From positions 384,001 through 448,000 of the forward strand of contig JBFWLW010000001.1 of assembly GCA_050251945.1 (NCBI GenBank): a stretch of 64,000 nt of DNA. The letters are read 5' to 3'. A program made the translations under genes and the position numbers. Source of the DNA: Deferribacterales bacterium (GTDB taxonomy: Bacteria > Chrysiogenota > Deferribacteres > Deferribacterales > Geovibrionaceae). Shown one piece after another: positions 1 to 7,903 of this stretch. Every line of letters begins with the position of its first letter. Within the stretch, counting starts at the first letter, position 1. Under the pieces are notes generated by a model, which was not told the DNA's origin, did not search any database, and saw only the letters and a program-made list of their open reading frames with translations.

Positions 1-1
1 C

Positions 2-577
2 CTCATCGCTCCGTCATGGGGTTCCGTTGTGAACGGCTATTTCACAGTGGACAAAGACTGGTCTAAGATGAGAACCAACTATCTGACTAAATTCTTTATA
101 GTCGGTATCACATTCTATGGTCTTCAGACAATTCAAGGTCCCTCTCAGGGCATCAGGGTCATCAGCTCCCTTATCCACTATACTGACTGGGTTCCCGGAC
201 ACGTTCACATGGGTACAATGGGCTGGGTTACAATGGTTATCTGCGCGTCAGTTTACTATATGATCCCCGCTATGTACAAAACTGAGATTTACAGCGAAAA
301 ACTTGCAAACATCCACTTCTGGATAGTTCTTGTGGGACAGCTTATGTTCTCCATCACTATGTGGATCACAGGTATCCAGCAAGGCGCTATGTGGAAGATG
401 ACAAACGCCGACGGCTCTCTCCAGTATACGTTCATGGAGACGCTGGTTCGCAACTATCCCTACTGGCAGATGAGAACCGTTGCCGGTGTGATATTCGTTG
501 TCGGTATGCTGTTCTTCGTATATAACGTACTTATGACAATCAAAAAAGGCAACGACCTTGCCAAACAGGCAGCGTAG
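2..577 (+). CDS. ccoN: cbb3-type cytochrome c oxidase subunit I, C-terminal part (5' end outside window)
   Basis: Frame open from position 2 (LIAPSWGSVVNGY...); HYTDWVPGHVH heme-ligand motif; lies directly upstream of ccoO. Confidence 0.95.
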   Translation, partial: LIAPSWGSVVNGYFTVDKDWSKMRTNYLTKFFIVGITFYGLQTIQGPSQGIRVISSLIHYTDWVPGHVHMGTMGWVTMVICASVYYMIPAMYKTEIYSEKLANIHFWIVLVGQLMFSITMWITGIQQGAMWKMTNADGSLQYTFMETLVRNYPYWQMRTVAGVIFVVGMLFFVYNVLMTIKKGNDLAKQAA

Positions 578-588
578 GGAGGCATACG

Positions 589-1473
589 ATGAGCAATCAC
601 GAAAACTCACTTTACAGCAAAGCCGTCCTGTTCGCAGTTGTTGCTGCGGTAACAGTATTAATCGGTACAATAGTGACAGTGTTCGTTCCTATGTTTACAT
701 CAGGAATGCACCCTAAGAACGAAAACCTTCAGCCTTTCACCGCTCTGCAGCTTGCAGGACGCGACGTGTATCAGGCAGAGGGCTGCGTTAACTGCCATAC
801 TCAGACAGTCCGTCCTCTTAAATCGGATGTTCTGAGATACGGCGAATACTCAAAAGCAGGCGAATTTGCTTACGACAGACCCTTCCTTTGGGGTTCAAAA
901 CGTACAGGTCCCGACCTTGCGAGAATCGGCGGCAAATATCCCGACGATTGGCATATTCAGCACTTTGAGAACCCTCAGGCGTTCTTTCCGATGTCTAACA
1001 TGCCCAAATATACATGGCTGAAAAACAAGCCTCTCAACGCTTCCGAGACGCTGGCACACATGAAAGCGCTTGGCTTCCCTTACACTGAGGAAGAAGAGAA
1101 AGCTCTTGAATCTTCAACCCAGCTTGACGCTCTGGTAGCTTACATGCAGGTTATCGGTACATCGGTTGCAAGAAAAGAAGCCATCGTTGTTGACGCATCT
1201 ATGATAGAATCTGCGAACCCGTTTGCAGGCAAACCCGAAGCCATCGCAGCAGGTCAGGCTGTTTACAAAGCTGAATGTGCAGGCTGCCACGGGCAGAATG
1301 CGGAAGGCAACATCGGCGCATCCATATCTGACTACGCTCAGGGCGAACCCGCTGACACTGACACCTACATAACCGTTGCAAACGGTCTTGAAGGCGCTAT
1401 GCCCGCTTTTGCAGGACAGCTCAGCAAAGAAAAGATATGGTCTGTTGTTTCATACATCAACAGCCTTAAATAA
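589..1473 (+). CDS. ccoO: cbb3-type oxidase subunit II fused to a C-terminal cytochrome c domain
   Basis: EGCVNCHTQ and WGSKRTGPDLARIGG CcoO motifs; second heme motif CAGCH followed by MPAF in the C-terminal ~90 aa. Confidence 0.93.
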   Translation: MSNHENSLYSKAVLFAVVAAVTVLIGTIVTVFVPMFTSGMHPKNENLQPFTALQLAGRDVYQAEGCVNCHTQTVRPLKSDVLRYGEYSKAGEFAYDRPFLWGSKRTGPDLARIGGKYPDDWHIQHFENPQAFFPMSNMPKYTWLKNKPLNASETLAHMKALGFPYTEEEEKALESSTQLDALVAYMQVIGTSVARKEAIVVDASMIESANPFAGKPEAIAAGQAVYKAECAGCHGQNAEGNIGASISDYAQGEPADTDTYITVANGLEGAMPAFAGQLSKEKIWSVVSYINSLK

Positions 1474-1491
1474 CAGGGAAGAGGTGCTAAT

Positions 1492-1686
1492 ATGAAAGAG
1501 GAATTCGATAACCTTGAAGAATTCACAAGGGAAGACACCGAACATGCACTTCCCCTCGGGTGGCTGATACTTTTCATCGGACTCATCGTTTTCGGTATAT
1601 ACTATGTATACGCCTACACGCCCGCTTTCACCGGCTGGTCGCAGGAAAAAGCGTTTGAAGAGTCCATGCAGGCTCAGCCTAAGTAA
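1492..1686 (+). CDS. Stand-alone CcoP/FixP N-terminal membrane-anchor domain (no heme motif)
   Basis: LPLGWLILFIGLIVFGIYY resembles the CcoP N-terminal P.WW..LF...I.F...Y helix; GAGG RBS; no CXXCH. Confidence 0.75.
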   Translation: MKEEFDNLEEFTREDTEHALPLGWLILFIGLIVFGIYYVYAYTPAFTGWSQEKAFEESMQAQPK

Positions 1687-1700
1687 CCTATCAATAACGA

Positions 1701-1730
1701 GAAAGGGAGCTTAGGCTCCCTTTCCTTTTA
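1701..1730 (+). terminator. Intrinsic terminator after the ccoNO/P' genes
   Basis: GAAAGGGAGC-ttag-GCTCCCTTTC perfect 10-bp stem followed by CTTTT. Confidence 0.75.
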
Positions 1731-1736
1731 ACAAAC

Positions 1737-1790
1737 GAGATCGCCGCGTCGCTAGCGCTCCTCGCGAAGACAGGTTTCGCCTCTGCGGGG
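1737..1790. repeat. REP-like palindrome family copy, with truncated partner
   Basis: GAGATCGCCGCGTCGCTagcGCTCCTCGCGAAGAC matches copies at 3203, 7761 and 59296 and the interior of the MITE-like elements. Confidence 0.85.
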
Positions 1791-1836
1791 AAGTTCTAAG
1801 ACTGACGAACAGTCTCAAAAACCAAGGAGGCTTACC

Positions 1837-1983
1837 ATGATTGGGAGCATCTACTCATTCCTTTTCTACGGACTGTCGCTGACGGTCATCTTTGCCGTGA
1901 TCATCTTCTATTACTATTCAAAGAAGAGAAAAGACGCGGTTGAGGAAGCAAAATACAAAATGATGGAAGATGATGATGATTAA
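1837..1983 (+). CDS. ccoQ: cbb3-type oxidase small subunit CcoQ/FixQ-like, 48 aa (absent from ORF track)
   Basis: AGGAGG RBS; MIGSIYSFLFYGLSLTVIFAVIIFYYYSKKRKDAVEEAKYKMMEDDDD, a single TM helix plus the KRK...EEA...DD tail typical of CcoQ. Confidence 0.85.
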   Translation: MIGSIYSFLFYGLSLTVIFAVIIFYYYSKKRKDAVEEAKYKMMEDDDD

Positions 1984-3193
1984 TCTGCAAAAATACCGCT
2001 GGGCGGTGAGACTATTCAACACCGCCTTATTCCTTCTCATCCCGTGGCTCATCGTTGGCGGTCACAGCGCATTGCGTTTTGACATCCCTACTATGCGCCT
2101 TTTTTTCTTCGGTGCATCTGTTTGGATAGAAAACTTCTTTATTCTTCTTTTATTTACTTTTTTTATTACTTTCCTCGGAATACTGATAACACAGCTTTAC
2201 GGACGTATCTGGTGCGGATGGTTCTGCCCGCACACGGTGATGATAAATCTCACATGGTTCTTTGACAGAAAAAAACTGAATTTTATCAATAAGGTTCTTA
2301 ATCATATACTGGTGTTTCTCGTAAGTATCATAGCGGGTGTTACCATAGTATTTTATTTTGTATCACCCTATGATTTCTTCAGGGATATAGCGGCAGGAAC
2401 GCTGGGCAGTGTCACAATGTGGTTCTGTATAGTTCTGACAGTGCTGACTTATCTCAGCTTCACGCTGATACGCTATAAGTTCTGTACGACGGTCTGTCCA
2501 TATTCCAAGCTGCAATCCATCATGTTCGACAGGAACACGCTGATTGTGGCATTCGACCCCGCAACAGCAGACAGATGTATCAAATGCAACGCCTGCGTGA
2601 AAACCTGCCCCGTTGGGCTTGATATCCGCAAAGGGCTTGTTTCCGCCTGCATCAACTGCGGACAGTGCATCACAGCCTGCGCGAAGGTCATGAAAAAGAA
2701 ACAGCACCCCAGCCTCGTGCATTATATCTTCGGTTTTGATAAGCAAAAGAATCCGTTTCGCGTTAATGTACTCATAACAGGCGTAGTGACACTGATATTC
2801 GGAATTGCTTTCATATGGATGGCGGCAACAACAAAACCTTTTGAATTTCAGGTACTTCCGAACCAGATGTTTATGCCCAGAGAAAAGGACGATCGCATTA
2901 TTAACTCTTATGAACTGGTACTTAAAAATATTTCAGACAAGGACATTTCATTTGATCTGGATGTCGCCGGCACAGACGGTTATGAACTGCAATATGAAAA
3001 ACCGCTTACCGTCAAACCCACGGAAAGTGTTAAGAGAACTGTTTTTCTGTTCATTCCGGAAGAAAAACTGGAGAAATTTCCTATATTATCACTGAATATG
3101 AGGGCAATACCGGATAACGGTGAAATGAAACCCCAAGAGAGCGAATTCAGCTTCCGCAGACCGATAAAGGCAAAACGGAAGACTGTAAAATAA
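1970..3193 (+). CDS. ccoG: CcoG/FixG 4Fe-4S membrane protein
   Basis: GRIWCGWFCP, FCTTVCPY, CIKCNACVKTCPVGLDIR and CINCGQCITAC motifs; C-terminal Ig-like region; cco context. Confidence 0.9.
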   Translation: MMMINLQKYRWAVRLFNTALFLLIPWLIVGGHSALRFDIPTMRLFFFGASVWIENFFILLLFTFFITFLGILITQLYGRIWCGWFCPHTVMINLTWFFDRKKLNFINKVLNHILVFLVSIIAGVTIVFYFVSPYDFFRDIAAGTLGSVTMWFCIVLTVLTYLSFTLIRYKFCTTVCPYSKLQSIMFDRNTLIVAFDPATADRCIKCNACVKTCPVGLDIRKGLVSACINCGQCITACAKVMKKKQHPSLVHYIFGFDKQKNPFRVNVLITGVVTLIFGIAFIWMAATTKPFEFQVLPNQMFMPREKDDRIINSYELVLKNISDKDISFDLDVAGTDGYELQYEKPLTVKPTESVKRTVFLFIPEEKLEKFPILSLNMRAIPDNGEMKPQESEFSFRRPIKAKRKTVK

Positions 3194-3202
3194 AGATAAA
3201 CA

Positions 3203-3274
3203 CAGATTGCCGCGTCGCTGCGCTCCTCGCAATGACATCTGTTTGTCTCTGCGAACCGACGGAAAAGCAATCTG
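3203..3274. repeat. REP-like inverted pair
   Basis: CAGATTGCCGCGTCGCTGCGCTCCTCGCAATGAC ... GTCTCTGCGA...GCAATCTG. Confidence 0.85.
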
Positions 3275-3290
3275 AATTTTGAGGTAGAAA

Positions 3291-3725
3291 ATGAAAATAT
3301 CTCTTTTGATTTTTCTTGTAGGCTTTCTGACCATTGCGCCGAGTATTTATATGGGAATAAAATACTTTGACGGCAAAGTGACGGAAAAACCTTATGAAAC
3401 GGGACTTGAGTATGACAAGTGCGAAAAGATCATAAATGAGAACGGTCTGGCGCTTGAAAACATTAAAACCGTCAAGAACGGCGACAAAGTTTCTATCCAG
3501 TTTGCATTTGCAAACACAACAGGTGTTGCTGTTACTGACGAAAAATTCGTTGTGGAACGTCCCGCAACAAACGGCGACATTGTGTACATCACCCCTCAGA
3601 CCGACGGAAAGCTCTATAAAGCGGAGTTTCCCGTTAACGGATACGGAAATTTTGTTCTTGAGGTTCGTGCGAAGGTAGCTGCGGACGAAATAGCCCTCAG
3701 GAAGAATTTTTATATCAACCAATAA
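3291..3725 (+). CDS. FixH/CcoH-like protein
   Basis: N-terminal TM helix then DGKVTEKPYETGLEYD (FixH-like); position between ccoG and ccoS. Confidence 0.7.
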   Translation: MKISLLIFLVGFLTIAPSIYMGIKYFDGKVTEKPYETGLEYDKCEKIINENGLALENIKTVKNGDKVSIQFAFANTTGVAVTDEKFVVERPATNGDIVYITPQTDGKLYKAEFPVNGYGNFVLEVRAKVAADEIALRKNFYINQ

Positions 3726-3740
3726 GCAGGAGGTTTTATT

Positions 3741-3827
3741 ATGAAACTCGGAACAGTAGTAATGATAGTATCGCTTATCGCAATGATAGGCATCCCCCTC
3801 TTTTTCGCGATGAAATTCGCTAACTGA
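3741..3827 (+). CDS. Small hydrophobic membrane peptide, 28 aa (absent from ORF track)
   Basis: AGGAGG RBS; MKLGTVVMIVSLIAMIGIPLFFAMKFAN; TGA overlaps the ccoS ATG (TGATG). Confidence 0.7.
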   Translation: MKLGTVVMIVSLIAMIGIPLFFAMKFAN

Positions 3828-3976
3828 TGGGCGCACTTTACATTATGATCCCCATCTCCCTGATTTTGGGAGTGATTGTCCTTGCCGTTTTTCTTTGGGC
3901 GGGCAAAAGCGGGGAGTTTGAAGACATGGAAGGACCGAAATACCGTATGATGGATGATGATGACGACGACAAGTGA
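3827..3976 (+). CDS. ccoS: cbb3 oxidase assembly protein CcoS/FixS, 49 aa (absent from ORF track)
   Basis: MGALYIMIPISLILGVIVLAVFLWAGKSGEFEDMEGPKYRMMDDD matches the FLWA.KSG.F.D CcoS signature. Confidence 0.93.
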   Translation: MGALYIMIPISLILGVIVLAVFLWAGKSGEFEDMEGPKYRMMDDDDDDK

Positions 3977-6368
3977 GAAGGTTGTTCAATGTTCCCACTG
4001 TATGCAGGACGTCAACAGAAACCAGTCAATACAGGAGTGTATCGACGGTCAGGATGTCTTTTTTTGCTGCCATGGCTGTGCGGGTGCCTACAGGATACTC
4101 AAAACAGAAGGGCTTGGCAAATTTTACACTAAAAGAGAGGGTGAATGGGAAGCAGGAGCTGTGTCAAACGTCAAGGTGTCCGAAGATTTGTTCTTCGACA
4201 GCATAAAGGTGACAGACACGGGCTATGAAGTGGACATCGCTCTCAGCGGCATACGCTGTGCCGCATGTATCTGGCTGATAGAAACCTACATATCAAAGGC
4301 TGAAGGGGTGGAGTCGGTTCGCGTGAACTACGCCACCCACAAAGCCCGTATAAGATGGACAAAAGGCAGTATAACCCTTGCCGAGATAATAGACAGAATA
4401 ACTTCAATAGGTTACTGCCCTCTTCCAATAAGCAAATCATCCGTAGAAACAATCTACGAAAACGAAAAGAAAGATTATTTTTACCGGTTTTCCATAGCCG
4501 CATTCTTCACAATGCAGCTCATGATTTACACCGTTGCCCTGTATGCCGGATATTTTCAGGGCATCAACGCGGGTTTGAAGGACTTTTTTGAATATATTGC
4601 GTGGTTCCTCTGCACACCTGTCATGTTCTATTCGGGGTTCCCGTTCATTAAAAGCTCACTGCAGGCAATACGCAAAGGACACACAACCATGGACACCCTG
4701 ATATTTCTGGGGTCGTTCACTGCATACGTTTACAGCATTTTCGCACTCTTTCTGGAGAAAGAGATATATTTTGACACCACGGCAAACATTATCACCCTGA
4801 TACTGCTTGGGCGGTACATTGAGGCGGGTGCAAAGGTAAGAACCTCAAACGCAGTGTCAAAACTTCTGACATACCAGCCTTCGCAGGTGCGCCTGATAGA
4901 AAATTTCGCTCCGGACAGACCTTATGAATCTGCCATGGTGCATGTCAAGCAGGTGCGCGCCGGACAATATATTGAGGTTTTGCCCGGAGATTCAGTACCT
5001 GCCGACGGATACGTTGTTAAAGGCAGCACGGAGATAAACGAATCAATGCTCACAGGCGAAGCCACCCCGAAATATAAATCAGAGGGCGAAAAGGTTTTTG
5101 CCGGAACTATAAACATAAACGGAAGTATCGTCGTTCAGATTGAGCAGGTTGGTGCAACAACAACCCTTTCAAAGATAGTTCAGGCTGTGGAGGATGCTCA
5201 ATCGTCCAAAGCACCGATACAGAACGTCGCCGACAAGGTCGTTGCGTGGTTCGTTCCAACGATACTCGCCATCTCTGCAGGAACTTTTTTGTTCTGGTAC
5301 TGGCACAGCGGAACCATCCTGACATCTGTCATGACGGCGGTCTCTGTGCTTGTGATAGCCTGTCCGTGCGCTCTTGGGCTTGCAACACCGCTTGCCATAC
5401 TGATTGCCACATCCAAAATAACCAAGCTGGGCGCAGTGGCAAAATCGGGCGATATAATAGAAAGATACAGCAAGGCGAACGTGTTCCTTTTTGACAAAAC
5501 CGGAACTATAACCAAAGGCGAACTGAAAGTCGAAGACGTTATCGCCGAAGATAAAAAGACTGTTCTGGCTCTGGCGGCATCGCTGGAAAAGAACTCTTCC
5601 CACCTCATAGCCAAGGCTATCACAACAGCTTATGAAGACGATTTCCTTCCGGTTTCTGATTTCACTGAGGTACCGGGCAAAGGCGTTGTAGGGTTAGTAT
5701 ACGGACAAAAAGTATCGGTCGGAACGAAAGCTTTTATGGCTGAGAACGGCATCGCAATACCTGAAACTTCTGATACAGGACACACAATTGCCTGTGTCGG
5801 CATAAACGGCATTTTCGCAGGAATGATAACTCTTTCAGACAGCATCCGTGAAAATGCAGCTGACGTGCTTAGATATATAAACAAGAAAGGCATGAAATCA
5901 GTCATTATAACCGGAGACAACAAAGCCGCGGCAGAAAAGCTGATTGAAAAACTTGGCGTTAAAGGGCTGGAATACGTCTCAGATGTTACGCCATTTCAGA
6001 AAGCCGAAATAATCAGGCAATATCAAAAAGATAAAAAAATCTGCGTAATGGTTGGCGACGGAATAAACGACGCTCCCGCGCTTACAACTGCCGACGTTGG
6101 TGTTGCCATAGGTAATGGAACTGATATAGCCATAGAAAGTTCCGACATAGTGCTTATGCGGGATGAACTGCCAATGCTCACGACTCTGCACGAGACATCG
6201 GTCAAGACCTTAAGGATAATCAAGGAAAACCTTTTCTGGGCTTTTTCTTATAATATAGTGATGGTACCTCTGGCAGTGACAGGAAAGGTGCATCCGGTTT
6301 TCAGCGCCGCGCTTATGAGCATCAGCAGTCTGCTGGTGGTCTTCAATTCACTCAGAATCAACAGATAG
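3954..6368 (+). CDS. ccoI: Cu-transporting P1B-type ATPase CcoI/FixI
   Basis: CxHC...FCCHGC N-terminus, CAAC HMA domain, CPC, DKTGT and GDGIND motifs. Confidence 0.92.
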   Translation: MMMTTTSEKVVQCSHCMQDVNRNQSIQECIDGQDVFFCCHGCAGAYRILKTEGLGKFYTKREGEWEAGAVSNVKVSEDLFFDSIKVTDTGYEVDIALSGIRCAACIWLIETYISKAEGVESVRVNYATHKARIRWTKGSITLAEIIDRITSIGYCPLPISKSSVETIYENEKKDYFYRFSIAAFFTMQLMIYTVALYAGYFQGINAGLKDFFEYIAWFLCTPVMFYSGFPFIKSSLQAIRKGHTTMDTLIFLGSFTAYVYSIFALFLEKEIYFDTTANIITLILLGRYIEAGAKVRTSNAVSKLLTYQPSQVRLIENFAPDRPYESAMVHVKQVRAGQYIEVLPGDSVPADGYVVKGSTEINESMLTGEATPKYKSEGEKVFAGTININGSIVVQIEQVGATTTLSKIVQAVEDAQSSKAPIQNVADKVVAWFVPTILAISAGTFLFWYWHSGTILTSVMTAVSVLVIACPCALGLATPLAILIATSKITKLGAVAKSGDIIERYSKANVFLFDKTGTITKGELKVEDVIAEDKKTVLALAASLEKNSSHLIAKAITTAYEDDFLPVSDFTEVPGKGVVGLVYGQKVSVGTKAFMAENGIAIPETSDTGHTIACVGINGIFAGMITLSDSIRENAADVLRYINKKGMKSVIITGDNKAAAEKLIEKLGVKGLEYVSDVTPFQKAEIIRQYQKDKKICVMVGDGINDAPALTTADVGVAIGNGTDIAIESSDIVLMRDELPMLTTLHETSVKTLRIIKENLFWAFSYNIVMVPLAVTGKVHPVFSAALMSISSLLVVFNSLRINR

Positions 6369-7028
6369 TCACATCCTGATTCCCGACCAGATGAAGAAAG
6401 CCCCCATAACAACCATTATCACCAGCGAAAGTGCGTTGAAGAAACCTCTGCGCGCCATGAGGAAATTGCCGAAGACGGAAGCCGCAAGGAGTGCCGCCAT
6501 TGTACCTGTGCCGAAAAAAAGCATGGAAAGAAGCCCGCGAAGGGCATCGGCAGAGGATGCGGAGGCTATGATTACCCCATAAAGGGGTCCGCAGGGAAGA
6601 AAACCTAAAATCAGTCCGGTCAGATAAGGCGTTTTCGGCTGAAATCTCTTTATCTTGTCCGCAACGTCAACACGCCCTATTTTACTCTCAAGCTTATTCA
6701 TAAAATTATAGCCGGAGAAAGCAAAGATGCCGTAAAACACCAGAAAGACACCAGCGAATATCGCCGCCGCCTTCTGAATACCAGCCAGATTTCCGATGAC
6801 CTGAACCATACTGCCCACCAGACCCGCTATCAGCCCCAGAAAACAGTAAGTCGTTATCCTGCCTAGATTATATTTGATATGCGGGAGGAAAAGCGCCTTA
6901 TAGCCCTTCTTCTCGCCAACGAAACGACCTGAGATATAAAGAACGAAGGGATGGCACATCCCCAGACAATGACCGAAACCGACTGAAAAACCGAGGGTAA
7001 GGAAACCCAGATAAGAAAGTTCTTCCAC
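6369..7028 (-). CDS. DsbD_2/TauE-SafE-like membrane protein (cbb3 biogenesis associated)
   Basis: GHCLGMC and GFLPCG motifs; multiple TM helices. Confidence 0.8.
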   Translation of the reverse strand: MEELSYLGFLTLGFSVGFGHCLGMCHPFVLYISGRFVGEKKGYKALFLPHIKYNLGRITTYCFLGLIAGLVGSMVQVIGNLAGIQKAAAIFAGVFLVFYGIFAFSGYNFMNKLESKIGRVDVADKIKRFQPKTPYLTGLILGFLPCGPLYGVIIASASSADALRGLLSMLFFGTGTMAALLAASVFGNFLMARRGFFNALSLVIMVVMGAFFIWSGIRM

Positions 7029-7029
7029 C

Positions 7030-7479
7030 TTAATCCTTTATATTGAACAGGAAGACCTTTTCAATCTGTCCGCCTTCATGTCCGAACGCAAGCTTGCCGT
7101 ACCACTCTTTTCCGCCGAAAATACATTTGGGAAGAGTAACTTTGGCTGTATATCCTGTGCTTGCCTTTTGCAGGTTAGCTTTATAAAGTCCCATATCCAT
7201 GGACATATTGAACAGGATATGTCCATGAGAGATATTTACGGGCTTGCCGTCCTTTTCTATAAAAACTCGGAATACTATCTCCGAAAACGGTCTCGCAGGG
7301 CGCGTCATATCTATTTTTATCTTATATCCGCCCTGCTCTATAGTAACCGGACTGTCTGTGACGTCCAGTTTCTTATCGTAATTTATAACGAATTTTTCAG
7401 CAGCAAAACTGGGAGCTGTGAAGCAGAATACCGCCAGTATGAACGATATTGCCCCTACAGCTATCTTCAAACGATTCAT
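7030..7479 (-). CDS. Exported YtkA/FixH-like protein
   Basis: Start moved to ATG 7479 (GAGGTG RBS); signal peptide ...APSFA; FNMSMDMG and LPKC motifs. Confidence 0.55.
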   Translation of the reverse strand: MNRLKIAVGAISFILAVFCFTAPSFAAEKFVINYDKKLDVTDSPVTIEQGGYKIKIDMTRPARPFSEIVFRVFIEKDGKPVNISHGHILFNMSMDMGLYKANLQKASTGYTAKVTLPKCIFGGKEWYGKLAFGHEGGQIEKVFLFNIKD

Positions 7480-7586
7480 CGGAACACCTCTATTATATAA
7501 TAACACATCGGTATTAATAATCAAAACCTGATATTTTTCAATAGGATAATTTGTTATACCGTCAAAAAAGGCTCCTTTCGGAACCG

Positions 7587-7727
7587 CAGGTTGTTGACAA
7601 AGTCAGGAAAACGCGAGATCGCGTCGTCTCATGCGCTCCTCGCGAAGACAAAAAAACGTCTCTGCGAGGGTTTTAACCCGAAGCAATCTAATGTAAGTCT
7701 ATGCAAATCCAGTTTGTCATCAGTCTG
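7587..7727. mobile_element. MITE-like element (141 bp) with 15-bp imperfect TIRs and an 18-bp flanking direct repeat
   Basis: Ends CAGGTTGTTGACAAA / TTTGTCATCAGTCTG; flanked by AAGGCTCCTTTCGGA(A/G)CC at 7568-7585 and 7728-7745; homologous to 41305 and 50012. Confidence 0.8.
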
Positions 7728-7760
7728 AAGGCTCCTTTCGGAGCCAATTATTGATAAAGA

Positions 7761-7888
7761 CAGGATCGCCGCGTCGCTTTATTCGACAAATAGTTTAAAG
7801 TGGACTCATTCAGCCTTCGGCTAGTGCTCCTCGCGAAGACATAAATTACTGTCTCTGCGAGGAAGCCTTTGGCTGACGCGGCAGTCTC
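7761..7888. repeat. REP-like inverted pair with a ~44-nt insertion in the first unit
   Basis: GATCGCCGCGTCGCT[insert]AGTGCTCCTCGCGAAGAC ... GTCTCTGCGAGG...GACGCGGCAGTCTC. Confidence 0.8.
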
Positions 7889-7903
7889 ATTATTTAATAT
7901 ATT

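Noticed and set aside
1960..3976. GAT/GAC triplet runs near 1969-1980 and 3953-3970 as contingency repeats
   Set aside because: They encode the poly-Asp tails of CcoQ and CcoS and supply overlapping ATGs for the next genes
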